A stretch of DNA of 64,000 bases, from NCBI GenBank assembly GCA_964016885.1, contig OZ024746.1, forward strand, positions 78,182,001 to 78,246,000, read 5' to 3'. The translations under genes and the position numbers were made by a program. The stretch's first letter is position 1. Each line of letters starts with the position of its first letter. The notes beneath the pieces were generated by a model. The model saw nothing but the letters and a program-made list of their open reading frames with translations. It searched no databases and was not told the origin of the DNA. The DNA comes from Eledone cirrhosa. Lineage: Eukaryota. Positions 50,981 through 64,000 of the stretch are shown here, piece by piece.

Positions 50981-52814
50981 TCGTGTAGAGATAGACAGAT
51001 AGATTGTGTAATGGGATACAGATACAGATATATTAGTGTAGAGTAGATATATTAGATTATATTAGATAGGAAACTCGTGTGAAGATAGACAGATAGTGAA
51101 AAGGGATGTAGATAGATAGAAAGGTTGTGTAGAGGTAGATAGGGAGTGACTGGGTGTCGGAGGTTTACTTTAAGTGTTGTGAGTGTGTGTGATGGGATAT
51201 AAGGCGAGGTGGTGGGGGGAGGGGGAGAAATAGCGGCTAGAATTTGTTGTGCAGTAGAGGAGGTTGGTTTGGTTTGGAGTGGGTGTAAATGTGGGTTAGT
51301 TAAGGGCTTTGAAGGGTCTCTCTTACTCAATCATAAGTGGATGTATGTGTGTGATGGTGGGGACAAGAGAAGGTGGAAGCAGGCTAGTCTGGCTGCTGCT
51401 GTTTGGCTGGCATTGGTTTGGCGGTGGTGGTGATGAAGGTACTGGTGGCGGTAATGGTGATGAAGGTAATGGCGGCGGTGGTGGTGGTGGTGGCGATAAT
51501 GCTGATGAAGGTAGTGGTGGTGGCGGCGATAATGGTATTCAAGGTAGTGGTAGTGGTGGTGGTGGCGGCGATAATGGTGATCAAGGTAGTGGTAGTGGTG
51601 GTGGCGGCGATAATGGTGATCAAGGTAGTGGTAGTGGCGGCGGCGATAATGGTGTTGAAGGTAGTGGTGGTGGTGGTGGTATGAGATAAGTGGGGTAGCA
51701 GAGAAGGTTAGATTAGGAGAGGAAGGAGAGTTGAAGTGGGTGTGTGTGGGGGGGTTGATAAAGGAAATTTGGAAAGTAGCCTGATAGCTCTCCCCCCCCC
51801 TCTCTCTCATTTCCACTGTCCAATTAATTACATAGTCACGTACACACACATTCATTCATTTACACATATCATTCACATATATACAAATATTGCACCCTAA
51901 CACCACACACACACACACACACACACGCACGTGTGTGTGCACTCACACATTACATCCTCTTAGTACAGCCAACCCCCACACATACATTATAATTATCAAC
52001 ACACACACATTACACCCTCTTATCCCCTCCCTCCACACACATCCACACACATATAAACATTACACCCTCTTACCACACACATATACAGACACACATCCAC
52101 ACTCAGACATACACAAACAGGCCCTCTTACCATACACACACTCACATCCACAAACAGACCCTCTTACCATAAACACACGCATACACAACATACCCTCTTA
52201 CCATACACATACACTAGACCCTCTTACCATACACACACACTAAACCCTCTTACCATACACACACAGACTAGACACACTTCCACATACACAAACATTAGAG
52301 CCACTTCCACACACACACACTCACACACACACACTCACACACACACACATACACAAACATTAGAGCCACTTCCAGACACACACACCCACATACACAAACA
52401 TTAGAGCCACTTCCACACACACACAATCACACACACTCACACACATATATATACACAAACACACACATATACATTAGACCCTCTTACCACACACACATCA
52501 ACACACATCAACAACATATATCCACACACACATCAACACACACCAACAACATATATCCACACACACACATCCACACACACACACACATCCACACACACCA
52601 ACAACATATATCCACACACAAACAACATATATCTACACACACATCAACACACACCACCACCAACGGCAACATATACACATACACACATTACGCCATTTTA
52701 CAACACACACATACACACACCAGCGCACACACCAGTACACATACATTACACCAATCAACCAACCACAAAACCTTAATGCTTGGCAAACCTAACTGTTAAA
52801 TTGCTTGTCTCGCA

Positions 52815-53105
52815 TCTTTTCTTTTTTCTTTTTCTTTTTCTTTTTCTTTTTCTTTTTCTTTTTTTCTTTCTTTTTCTTTTTTTATCTTTTCTTTTTTTCT
52901 TTATTTCCTTTTTTCTTTTTTTTCCTTTTTCTTTTTTCTTTTCTTTTTTTCTTTTCTTTTTTTCTTTTTCTTTTTTCTTTTTCTTTTTTTCTTTTTTTCT
53001 TTTCTTTTCTTTTTTTCTTTTTCTTTTTTTTCTTCTTTTTTTTCTTTTCTTTTCTTTTTCATTTCTTTTTTTTTCCTATATTTGTTTTCTCTTTTCTTTT
53101 CCTTC
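52815..53105. repeat. (TTTTTC)n polypyrimidine tract
   Basis: Direct inspection. Confidence 0.95.
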
Positions 53106-53740
53106 TCAGATTGGAATTTAAAAAAGAATTTTGAGATTGTAAATTATTTTTGTTTATATCATCATCATCATCATCATCATTCAACATCTACTTTTCCACG
53201 CTTGCATGGGTTTGATGGGTTCTCTCGTAATGCCACCATGTCAGGTCAGGTCATGTGACTCATGTCTTGCTCTCATACGGATCTGTATTCTGACTTGGTT
53301 TCTTCAGCTGGATGTCCTTCCTAATGTCAACCACATTACAGTGTGAACTAGGTGCTTGTTATCGTGACACCAACACTTCCATTTAACAGGATGCACCGGG
53401 TGCTTTTGTTGTGGCACCAGATTAGCATATAGGGTGGATTGAGTGGCTTTTTTTTACTTTTTCGTTGTGGTAATGGCATTGTTGGAGATCAAATGTAGAG
53501 TGGGTCTAGCTTTCATGTTTGTATGAATATGTTGGTCAGGAGGGGTGAGGAATGAGGGGTTTTTTTTTGGGGGGGGGGGGGCAAGTAAGAAAGTTATGGG
53601 TGAGATGTGGGATATTTAAGGGGTATTATGATTGGACAGGGGTAAAGAGAAGATTGGTGTAAACATGTTTGTTTCATTGTGTACATGGGAAGACAAGTCT
53701 TCTGCAGTACAGCATAATATCAGAGATCTCGATCCTGTGA

Positions 53741-56383
53741 CTTAATAACTCATTGGTCAAGAAAACAATGGTACAGACACGGTCTTAATGACCCATTGGT
53801 CAAGACAACAATGGTACAGACACGGTCTTAATGACCCATTGGTCAAGACAACAATGGTACAGACACGGTCTTAATGACTCCTTGGTCAAGAAAACAATGG
53901 TACAGACACGGTCTTAATGACTCATTGGTCAAGAAAACAATGGTACAGACACGGTCTTAATGACTCCTTGGTCAAGAAAACAATGGTACAGACATGGTCT
54001 TAATGACTCCTTGGTCAAGAAAACAATGGTACAGACACGGTCTTAATGACTCCTTGGTCAAGAAAACAATGGTACAGACACGGTCTTCATGACTCATTGG
54101 TCAAGAAAACAATGGTACAGACACGGTCTTAATGACTCCTTGGTCAAGAAAACAATGGTACAGACACGGTCTTAATGACTCATTGGTCAAGAAAACAATG
54201 GTACAGACACGGTCTTCATGACTCATTGGTCAAGAAAACAATGGTACAGACACGGTCTTCATGACTCATTGGTCAAGAAAACAATGGTACAGACACGGTC
54301 TTAATGACTCCTTGGTCAAGAAAACAATGGTACAGACACGGTCTTCATGACTCATTGGTCAAGAAAACAATGGTACAGACACGGTCTTAATGACTCCTTG
54401 GTCAAGAAAACAATGGTACAGACACGGTCTTCATGACTCATTGGTCAAGAAAACAATGGTACAGACACGGTCTTAATGACTCCTTGGTCAAGAAAACAAT
54501 GGTACAGACACGGTCTTAATGACTCCTTGGTCAAGAAAACAATGGTACAGACACGGTCTTCATGACTCATTGGTCAAGAAAACAATGGTACAGACACGGT
54601 CTTCATGACTCATTGGTCAAGAAAACAATGGTACAGACACGGTCTTAATGACTCCTTGGTCAAGAAAACAATGGTACAGACACGGTCTTCATGACTCATT
54701 GGTCAAGAAAACAATGGTACAGACACGGTCTTAATGACCCATTGGTCAAGAAAACAATGGTACAGACACGGTCTTAATGACCCATTGGTCAAGAAAACAA
54801 TGGTACAGACATGGTCTTAATGACTCATTGGTCAAGAAAACAATGGTACAGACATGGTCTTCATGACTCATTGGTCAAGAAAACAATGGTACAGACATGG
54901 TCTTAATGACTCATTGGTCAAGAAAACAATGGTACAGACATGGTCTTAATGACTCATTGGTCAAGAAAACAATGGTACAGACATGGTCTTAATGACTCAT
55001 TGGTCAAGAAAACAATGGTACAGACATGGTCTTCATGACTCATTGGTCAAGAAAACAATGGTACAGACATGGTCTTAATTACTCATTGGTCAAGAAAACA
55101 ATGGTACAGACATGGTCTTCATGACTCATTGGTCAAGAAAACAATGGTACAGACACGGTCTTAATGACTCATTGGTCAAGAAAACAATGGTACAGACATG
55201 GTCTTAATGACTCATTGGTCAAGAAAACAATGGTACAGACATGGTCTTAATGACTCATTGGTCAAGAAAACAATGGTACAGACATGGTCTTAATGACTCA
55301 TTGGTCAAGAAAACAATGGTACAGACATGGTCTTAATGACCCATTGGACAAGAAAACAATGGTACAGACATGGTCTTAATGACTCATTGGTCAAGAAAAC
55401 AATGGTACAGACATGGTCTTAATGACTCATTGGTCAAGAAAACAATGGTACAGACATGGTCTTAATGACTCATTGGTCAAGAAAACAATGGTACAGACAT
55501 GGTCTTAATGACTCATTGGTCAAGAAAACAATGGTACAGACATGGTCTTAATGACCCATTGGTCAAGAAAACAATGGTACAGACACGGTCTTAATGACTC
55601 ATTGGTCAAGAAAACAATGGTACAGACATGGTCTTAATGACTCATTGGTCAAGAAAACAATGGTACAGACATGGTCTTAATGATTCATTGGTCGAGAAAA
55701 CAATGGTAGACACGGTCTTCATGACTCATTGGTCAAGAAAACAATGGTACAGACACGGTCTTAATGACTCATTGGTCGAGAAAACAATGGTAGACACGGT
55801 CTTCATGACTCATTGGTCAAGAAAACAATGGTACAGACACGGTCTTCATGACTCATTGGTCAAGAAAACAATGGTACAGACATGGTCTTAATGACTCCTT
55901 GGACAAGAAAACAATGGTACAGACACGGTCTTAATGACTCATTGGTCAAGAAAACAATGGTACAGACACGGTCTTAATGACTCATTAGTCAAGAAAACAA
56001 TGGTACAGACATGGTCTTAATGACTCATTGGTCAAGAAAACAATGGTACAGACACGGTCTTAATGACTCCTTGGACAAGAAAACAATGGTACAGACACGG
56101 TCTTAATGACTCCTTGGACAAGAAAACAATGGTACAGACACGGTCTTAATGACCCATTGGTCAAGAAAACAATGGTACAGACATGGTCTTAATGACTCCT
56201 TGGACAAGAAAACAATGGTACATACATGGTCTTAATGACTCATTGGTCAAGAAAACAATGGTACAGACATGGTCTTAATGACCCATTGGTCAAGAAAACA
56301 ATGGTACAGACATGGTCTTAATGACCCCTTGGACAAGAAAACAATGGTACAGACATGGTCTTAATGACCCATTGGTCAAGAAA
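53741..56383. repeat. 43-bp tandem satellite, about 61 copies
   Basis: Unit GACTCATTGGTCAAGAAAACAATGGTACAGACACGGTCTTAAT with a few recurrent variants. Confidence 0.97.
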
Positions 56384-57056
56384 TCAAAGTGAAATTGCTA
56401 GAATCAAATACAGTTCTTTAACTATGGTATCTTTAAGTTTTAGCCAATTTTCTGCAATGCCTGCTTGTAAAATAACAAAATAACAAATACTGTATTTATC
56501 ATTTTACATTTGTTTTCCATACTGACGTGGGTTAGATAGGTTGTCACAGTCCAAGGAGATATCCCATCATGTATGTGTGTTCCATATTTGGTATGGATTT
56601 TACAGCTGGATGCCCTTCCTAACACCAACCACTTCACTGGGTGGATTTTATCATGAAACCAGCACTTAGCAGAGTGCACTGGATATAGTTTTATCACTGG
56701 CTATAGAGCTATCACTTTACAGAGTATACTGGGTGTATTTTGTCGTAGCACCAGAGCTAAGACATTACATAGTGTTCTCTGTGCATTTTATTGTGACACC
56801 CAGCACTGCACTACCACTTCACAGCATGTACTAAATGTATTTTATCATGGAACCAACATGACGACATTATAGAATGCACTGGGTGCATTTTATCATGGCA
56901 CCAATATTACCACTTTGCAGAATGCATTGGGTGCATTTTATTGTGTTACTAACACTACCATTTTGCAGAGTGCACTGGGTGCATTTTATAAAGACAGCAA
57001 CACCAGAGATGTCATGTACTCATCCAGACTGAAAGTTCCTCTCTAACCTGTATTGT

Positions 57057-57220
57057 TAATAATTGTTTCTACTTTTGGCACAAGGCCAGCAATTACTGGT
57101 ACTTTATTTTATCGACCCTCTAAGGATGAAAGACAAAGTTAACCTTGGTGGGATTTGAACTCAGATCGTAAAGGGGCATAACTCTATGCTGAAAAGCATG
57201 GCAACCGAGCCTCTACCGAA
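57057..57220 (-). mobile_element. SINE family A
   Basis: Reverse complement of the 8666-8863 type copy. Confidence 0.85.
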
Positions 57221-57343
57221 TGTTCACTGTTTATTTTGTTACTTTTTATAATTTTTTAGATATGAAATTATTAGCCTCTTTCCCTCGCCCTATTTCCAGT
57301 TCATTTGTGTTTGTTTGTTTGTTTGTTTGTGTTAGTGTACCTG

Positions 57344-57384
<41 letters not shown>

Positions 57385-57387
<3 letters not shown>

Positions 57388-57563
57388 ACGTAGATATATA
57401 TACGTATATATATATATACATATATATATATACGTATATATATATATATACGTATATATATATACGTATATATATATATATATATACGTATATATATATA
57501 CGTATATATATATATACATATATATATATACGTATATATATATATATACGTATATATATATAC

Positions 57564-57595
<32 letters not shown>

Positions 57596-57835
57596 GTATA
57601 TATATATATATACGTATATATATATATATACGTATATATATATATATATATACGTATATATATATATATATATACGTATATATATATATATATATACGTA
57701 TATATATATATATATATACGTATATATATATATACGTATATATATATATATATACGTATATATATATATATATATATATACGTATATATATATATATATA
57801 CGTATATATATATATATATATACGTATATACGTAT
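57385..57835. repeat. [(TA)nCG]m self-complementary microsatellite
   Basis: Repeated TATATATACGTATATA. Confidence 0.95.
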
Positions 57836-57859
57836 ATTATATATATATATATGTATACA

Positions 57860-58235
57860 TATGTGTGAGGCATATGTGTGTATATATTATGAGTGTTCAT
57901 GTGTATGTATATGTGTGTGTGTGTATATATATACCATACATATGTGTGAGGTATGTGTAATGTGTGTGTGTGTATATATATATAGATATATATATATACC
58001 ATACATATGTGTGAGGTATGTGTAATGTGTGTGTGTGTATATATATATAGATATATATATATACCATACATATGTGTGAGGTATGTGTAATGTGTGTGTG
58101 TGTATATATATATAGATATATATATATACCATACATATGTGTGAGGTATGTGTAATGTGTGTGTGTATATATATATATAGAGAGATATATATATATATCA
58201 TACATATGTGTGAGGTATGTGTAATGTGCATATGT
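57860..58235. repeat. 65-bp minisatellite, about 5 copies
   Basis: ATACCATACATATGTGTGAGG at 57931, 57996, 58061 and 58126. Confidence 0.9.
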
Positions 58236-58355
58236 GTGTATATATGAGTGATCATGTGTATGCATATGTGTGTATGCTTGCATCTTAGATTAAATATTTT
58301 CCCTTTTTTTCCCCACTTATCAATGTGGCCCCTATCATGACACCAGAAGAGATTT

Positions 58356-58421
<66 letters not shown>

Positions 58422-58812
58422 ACATGCATGCCTTTTGCTTATATTTATCACCAACTCATTCTCACACCCTCTTTTACACCCAGCTACCTTTATCATCTAT
58501 CTTACACCCCCTCCCCCTCCCATGTTCTCAATATTAACCCCCTATCTCCTCCCCTTTTATAAACATCTATCTTTACTATGCCTTCCTTACACCCCCCTCC
58601 TGCAGATATTATCACTAGAGCCCCCTCCCCCCAATTTCACACCTCAAATTTTCCTTGAAATTTTCTCGTTTTCTCTTTCACCTTACATGATGTCGCATTT
58701 CTGATAATTCCTGGCAAGATAGATAGATAGATAGATAGTTGTTATAATTGTAGTAGTTGTTGTTGTTGTAGTTGTTGTTGTTACTACTGTAGTTGTCATT
58801 GTTGACAAATGG

Positions 58813-59060
58813 AGGGCAATGGATTGGCAGTATGAGTGGAGCCTCGGACAACATGCCATGCAGCATAGAGTTGCGGTCCTTTACATTCTGAGTTCAAATC
58901 CCACCGAAGTTAGCTTTTCCTTTCATCCTTACAGGGTCGATATAAAATAAAGTACCAGTGATGCACTGGGTGGGGTTCATTTGATCACCCCCCCCCCCCC
59001 CAAAAAAAAAATAATAAAATGAAATTTGTTAGCTTTGTGCCAAAATCTGAAACCATTATT
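58813..59060 (+). mobile_element. SINE family A
   Basis: GGATTGGCAG head, GAGTTCAAATCCC, CCTTTCATCCTTACAGGGTCGATA, CTTTGTGCCAAAATCTGAAACCATTATT. Confidence 0.85.
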
Positions 59061-59062
59061 GA

Positions 59063-59640
59063 CATATGAAGTGCAGGGCGATAAAAATAGACGGTAGCCA
59101 TGGAGGAGGCAGACCCAGAAAAACCTGGGACAACTTGATAAATTCCGACTTGATAAATTCCGACCTCACACACTTACACCTCTCCAAGACAATGTCACTG
59201 GACCGAGATCTTTGGCGCTACACAGTAATACAGAAGACCCGTCTTGCCTAAGTACAAAGCGAAACCTACAGTCAGTAGGCACCTCTAACAAAAATACACC
59301 CCCGTCCCACTACCCCCACCCCATCCACACCACCCCTTTCAATGTAAAGTTATGTTGGTACCACAACATCCAGGCCAAAACAAATGAGGTCGTGTAGGTG
59401 TCACGACAAAAAAACACACAGTCCATGCTGTAATGTGGCCGTGTAGGTAACACGGTAAAAACCTCCCAGCCCCACACTGTAAACGTGGTTGGTGTTAGGA
59501 AGGGCATCCAGTTGTAGAAAACCCGCCAGACAGTCCTATGCGAGCAAGTCAACCAATCTTGCCTCAAGTGGGAAAATTCCCGTCCAAACCCATGCAAGCG
59601 TGGAAGATGGACGTTAAACGATGATGATGATGATGATGAA
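59063..59640 (+). mobile_element. RTE-clade LINE 3' end (ORF C-terminus + 3' UTR)
   Basis: KCRAIKIDGSHGGGRPRKTWDNLINSDL...LSKTMSLDRDLWRYTV matches the RTE GRPRKTW..DL..DR..WR terminus; tail GGACGTTAAAC(GAT)n. Confidence 0.8.
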
Positions 59641-59754
59641 GATCTGTGAAAAAAATAAAAACCCAAGTAATGTTTGATGTCAAGAAGGTCATTTGACCAT
59701 AGAGTACTTCCTCCAAAAATGTTTCATTCAACTCTTGCCAGCATGGTAAAGTGG

Positions 59755-59950
59755 ACTGTATCTGGTCAGAATTATCTCACCTCTTTCTTTTCAAACTGGC
59801 CACTCATACCTATGTTAAGGCATTGTTCTCAAAATAAATAACATCAAAATCTCATAGATTCGATATTATGGAGATAATTATGTAAGATAATGCCTTTTAT
59901 TACAAAAATGCAATAATATATATAGAGTAATGTAAATGCTAAAGTGTTAA
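59755..59950. mobile_element. 5'-truncated copy of the MITE that hosts the 73-bp satellite
   Basis: AACATCAAAATCTCATAGATTCGATATTATGGAGATAATTATGTAAGATA ... TAGAGTAATGTAAATGCTAAAGTG TTAA. Confidence 0.75.
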
Positions 59951-60063
59951 AATGATCATGATGATTCAAGAATCAGTTGAATAATATTTAAAGAAGTGAA
60001 GTGTGTTGCTGTGTTCAGAGGTGATGTTATATAAACTAAGTTTTTTTTATAGAGTGAGCGTCC

Positions 60064-60368
60064 TTAACACTTTCATTACCATATTTCTAATGGAAGACTC
60101 TGCCTATAATTTTGAAAACGATCAAGATTTTGGAGGGATTTAGTAACATAACTTAAATTTTCTCATTATCAAGCTGGTATTTGAAGCATATCTTAGCAAA
60201 GGTTTTTACATAAAAGTATGCGGGGAAATCTTTTAAATAAATATAACCATGTACAACCCTTGCTAGCTGGGAAAGTGGATATTGAAGATAATGATTTAAA
60301 ATAAACAGTTTCATATCATAGAAACAGGGCGGTTTCAGAGGAGGGGGGGGGGGTATCTAAAGGGTTAA
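60064..60368. mobile_element. piggyBac-like MITE, second family
   Basis: TTAA CACTTTCATTACC ... GGTATCTAAAGGG TTAA; degenerate relatives at about 4910-5120 and reversed at about 13440-13670. Confidence 0.6.
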
Positions 60369-61417
60369 AAGAAAGGAAATGGGTTGGTGTGTCTCAAAAT
60401 GATGTCATAAAGTAATGTTTTATTTTAGGGTGGAGTCCTTAATGAAGGAGTATGTGTAGTGTCTATAATTTCTGATTGTCAAGTGTTTTCTAGAAAGACA
60501 CTACTTATACACTTATGTTCCTAAACCTTTGTCTTAAGTGTTCAAGATTATACAAAGCCATCTACTTAAACCTCTCAGGGATATATGGATATTATATGTT
60601 ACAGCAGTTGAGTAATACCCTTAGTTATAAAGACACTACATACAGTATGTATGTGTGTGTATGTGTGTGTTTATATATATATATATATATATTACTCCAT
60701 ATAAGTTCTAAATACTCTACATACAGATTCAAATTATAAGTAGCGTTTTACTATATTTTTTCCCCCAAGTGATAAACAGTGTTTTATTACTTCTTCTGAC
60801 ATTGTTTATACTTTATTCTACATACAGTGTGTATATACAACATCACTTCATACAATATATATATATATATGTATGTATATACCAGAGAGTAATAAAGGAA
60901 TTTAGACTAAAAACAAAGAAGGAAGAAATTATACTAAAACCGAATATTACTTATTCCCTAGATAAAACAATGCCAGTGTTTGTTTGTGTATATGTGTTCA
61001 TGTGTGTGGTGTGTATTACAGTTGTCTAAATAGCTTTATTGTTTTTTTTATTTTATTTAAGAAAAAAAAAACATTTATTTTTCTCTATTAGTTCTGGTTG
61101 AATGGTTTTACAAATTCAGACATTTTGCATTTTTTCCTCTTTTTTTTTTATCCTCCCTCAACCCAGTTTTTCTTATTCTTGTATTTGTGGATTCTTTTTC
61201 AAAGATTCATCCATGAAATTGGAGTATTGTTTCTTAGACTGTATCAGTTAATATCATGATACAGCAGCCATCTTGAATGATGAGTCTATAAACATTATAC
61301 ATACATATATCAGCTTAGAGGCTACAGGTTAGATGTTGTTGAGGGAGTGAAGTAGATATACATGTATTGATAAACAGCAAAAACAGATGATTATGTTGAT
61401 GTGTGTATATATATATG

Positions 61418-61590
61418 TATATAAAATTTAATATAGAAATGGCTTCTACAGGACTAGAATTGTTTCATTTGAATGAAAGAGCTCTAGTCCTGTAGAAGCC
61501 ATTTCTATATTAAATTTTGTATATACTCTACTAATGTATTGAGTACCTTACTTACTGTGGTTACCCCCAATTGAACCCAGGACTCATATA
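61418..61590. mobile_element. Fold-back element truncated within an HHR 3' half
   Basis: ~50-bp arms (61418-61523) with a 2-nt centre; right arm reads GAAA GAGCTC TA GTCCTG; followed by a tail and (TA)n. Confidence 0.55.
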
Positions 61591-61708
61591 TATATATATA
61601 TATACCTATCTAGGGCGGGTAAAATTCCTGATATATACAATACATACATATATATATATATATTCAATGATATTAAATAAATGGAAACTATATTTATAAA
61701 ACGATATT

Positions 61709-61769
61709 TATTCTATTATATATATTTCAAGTGTACCAAAACTTTGGTACGCTCTCATCAGATAAAATA
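61709..61769 (-). ncRNA. Type I hammerhead ribozyme (family B) within element 61662-62068
   Basis: UAUUUUAU CUGAUGA GAG C GUACCAA..UUGGUAC A CUU GAAA UAUAUAU A AUAGAAUA. Confidence 0.65.
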
Positions 61770-62080
61770 CAAAGTTTGTTTTATAAATATTGACATATCC
61801 AGGAAGAAGATCTTAATGGTTCAAGTTTTTCCTGGATAGTAAAAGGAAGAAGGGAAAGAGAAGAAAAGTCAAATATTTCAAATTATTAAGATGAGTATGC
61901 AAATAGGGCTGAAAAAAACATTATTTTTAGATGCTAGGTAGATTTAAATAATTATTAGGATATATGTATGTAGGAAGAAGAAAAAGAAAGAAAACTGTTG
62001 AGTGCTCCGAATCAGTTATAAACATTTATATATGTTGAATTACCAACAAAGTAAATATCCCTTTTGCTTATATATATATA

Positions 62081-62650
62081 AGTGTCAAACTAACCACGGA
62101 GCTCAAGGCAATCCAGCGAAGCTACACCAAGAGGATTGCCACGATGAAGGAGATAAGCTACTGGGAGAGGCTAAAAGAACTGAACCTCTACTCCTTGGAA
62201 CAAAGACGGGAGAGAAATGCAGTGATCTACATGTAGAAAATCCTGGAGGGACTAGCATCAAACTTTGGCATTGGGAGCTGGACCAACCATCAAACAGGAC
62301 GTCACTGTGTGGTGCCAAAGGTCCCGTCTTCCACATCTAGAATAAGGAGCAGATATTGCAATAGGCTGGGATTCAAGGGCCCTCAACTCTTCAACAAGCT
62401 GCCGAGGGATCTGAGAGATCTGCATGGTGTGGAGGTGGATGTCTTCAAGAAACATCTCGACACCTTGTTATCCAGGATCCCGGAGGAGCCCACAGCAAGG
62501 CACGAGGGAAACCTAAGGGCAGTAGCAACAAACTCCCTTGCACCAGTGGCCAACCAATACAGGCTGGGGATAAAATGTGTAGCAACAAGGGCGGTGCCCG
62601 AGCATGGCCTCAGCCGGATGGCTGGAACAGGTAAAAGAGTAAAAGAGAAT
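62081..62650 (+). mobile_element. CR1-clade LINE 3' fragment (ORF2 C-terminus, one stop)
   Basis: ELKAIQRSYTKRIATMKEISYWERLKELNLYSLEQRRERNAVIYM*KILEG...FNKLPRDLR...FKKHLDTLLSRIPEEP...AVATNSL; tail GTAAAAGAGTAAAAGAG. Confidence 0.85.
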
Positions 62651-62665
62651 ATATATATATATATG

Positions 62666-62995
62666 GAGGCACATGGCTTAGTGGTTAGAGCATTGGCCTT
62701 GCAATCGAAAGGTTGTGAGTTCAATTCTCAGACCGGGTGATGTGTTGTTTCCTTGAGCAAGACGCTCTATTTCACATTGCTCCAGTTTACTCAGCTGTAG
62801 AAATGAGATGATAGGGACTGGGGTCCCTATCATTCCACTGCAAAGTGGACGTGGAGGTGCCACGGAAAAAAAGCACCCTGCACTCACTGTAAATGAGGTT
62901 GGTGTTAGGAAGGGCATCCAGCTGTAGAAATCAAGCCAGAATCAGTTCCCGTCCCACCCTTGCAAGCAGGGAAAAAGCGGACGTAAAATGATGAA
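62666..62995 (+). mobile_element. Composite SINE, near-identical to 21487-21826
   Basis: Same head, CORE-like block, perfect hairpin ATGATAGGGAC-TGGG-GTCCCTATCAT (62808-62833) and RTE tail. Confidence 0.85.
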
Positions 62996-63007
62996 GAAGA
63001 AGAAGAA

Positions 63008-63285
63008 TCATCATCATCATTGTTTTTACATCCATTTTTGCGCAGGTTGGATAGGTCATTTTCATTACAACATATCTCCACTCGTCATGGAAGTTGAGTT
63101 TCAGCAATTTGAGATCAGTTGCCACCACCTCTGCCCATATCTCCCTTGGTCTATCTCTACTATGGCTTCCTACCACTGGGATTTCCTGGCACTTCTTCAC
63201 CTGGCGATCATCATCTATGCACATCACTTATCTGTACCAACACAGTCCTCTCTCTTGCACACACCACTTGATTACTCTCCAGCCT
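63008..63285 (-). mobile_element. Degenerate RTE-clade LINE 3' end
   Basis: Minus strand WCVQERGLCWYR*VMCIDDDRQVKKCQ...SRDRPREIW..V.TDL..L ... WRYVV; (GAT)n tail. Confidence 0.75.
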
Positions 63286-64000
63286 ACTACACATCTCCTC
63301 TGAAGTCACTACCCATGTTTCACTACCATTCTTACTCAGATTTGAGCTTAGGCCAACAGGAAAGATAGCGTTGTCGTAAGATTTGTTTGAGGGAGAGGGC
63401 AGTGGCATTTGGAACTTAACAACAAGCTTTGAAGCATATATTTATTTAACCTCTATCATCATGGTAGAAATATGATGGTGGTGATGGTGATGGTGATGGT
63501 TGTGGTGGAGGTGGTGCTAATGATGATGAAGATTATGGTGGTAGTGGTGATGAAGATGATGGCAGTAGGGGTGGTGGTGATTATGATGACAATGAGGATT
63601 ATGAGAAGCAAACATTTCTCTAGTTTTCCTTTCATTTTCTTGTTTGTGTATGTGTGTGTGTGTATGTGTATGTGCGTGTTTTTATTTTAAATTTTATAGT
63701 GATGGCGGTGGTGGGGATATATCATTTCATCTTTTAAAAAAATAAACGGTTTATTTAATTTTCATTTATTTAATATCAATTTTCTTATATTTATTCTTAG
63801 TTTTTCCAATTATCACTCCCACTCACCAAAACACCTCCCTCCACAAACCAACACACCGCCCCCACCAACAACCCCTCTCCCCCACCCAGTATTCCCAGAC
63901 GGTTCTGTTTCTACTTTTACTTTCACTTCTGAATTAGTCTATTCATCATTTTATTGTTGACATTATTCCATTATTATTAATAGAAGTGCTTTCTTCCCAG

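Noticed and set aside
53741-56383. CRISPR-like 43-bp repeat and ORF 55628-55891
   Set aside because: No spacers; the ORF arises only from two 41-bp variant units shifting the frame

Overview
Eukaryotic, AT-rich and microsatellite-saturated non-coding DNA. The repeat repertoire (tRNA-derived SINEs, RTE/CR1/Tx1 LINE remnants, piggyBac/hAT/mariner elements, very long TA/CA tracts) resembles an octopus or other coleoid cephalopod genome; this is inferred from repeat style, not from a database search. No host protein-coding exon is recognisable. Almost all listed ORFs are translations of simple repeats, and the only real coding remnants are transposon-derived. The main discovery is a set of hammerhead-ribozyme (HHR) elements inserted in (TA)n tracts. 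The largest is a 3.5-kb array (15497-18996) of near-identical, highly structured 469-bp units, each with a minimal type I HHR (8 copies), arranged as two divergent inverted arms. It looks like a Penelope-dependent, retrozyme-like system that could yield circular RNA. At least two further HHR families occur at about 21.1, 30.0-30.3, 37.9-38.3, 41.8, 61.4 and 61.7 kb, mostly with the same fold-back architecture. Also present: a 73-bp satellite grown inside a piggyBac-like MITE, a 43-bp satellite, a nested mariner/hAT/SINE relic, a young Tx1/L1 3' fragment and a candidate promoter near 47 kb.
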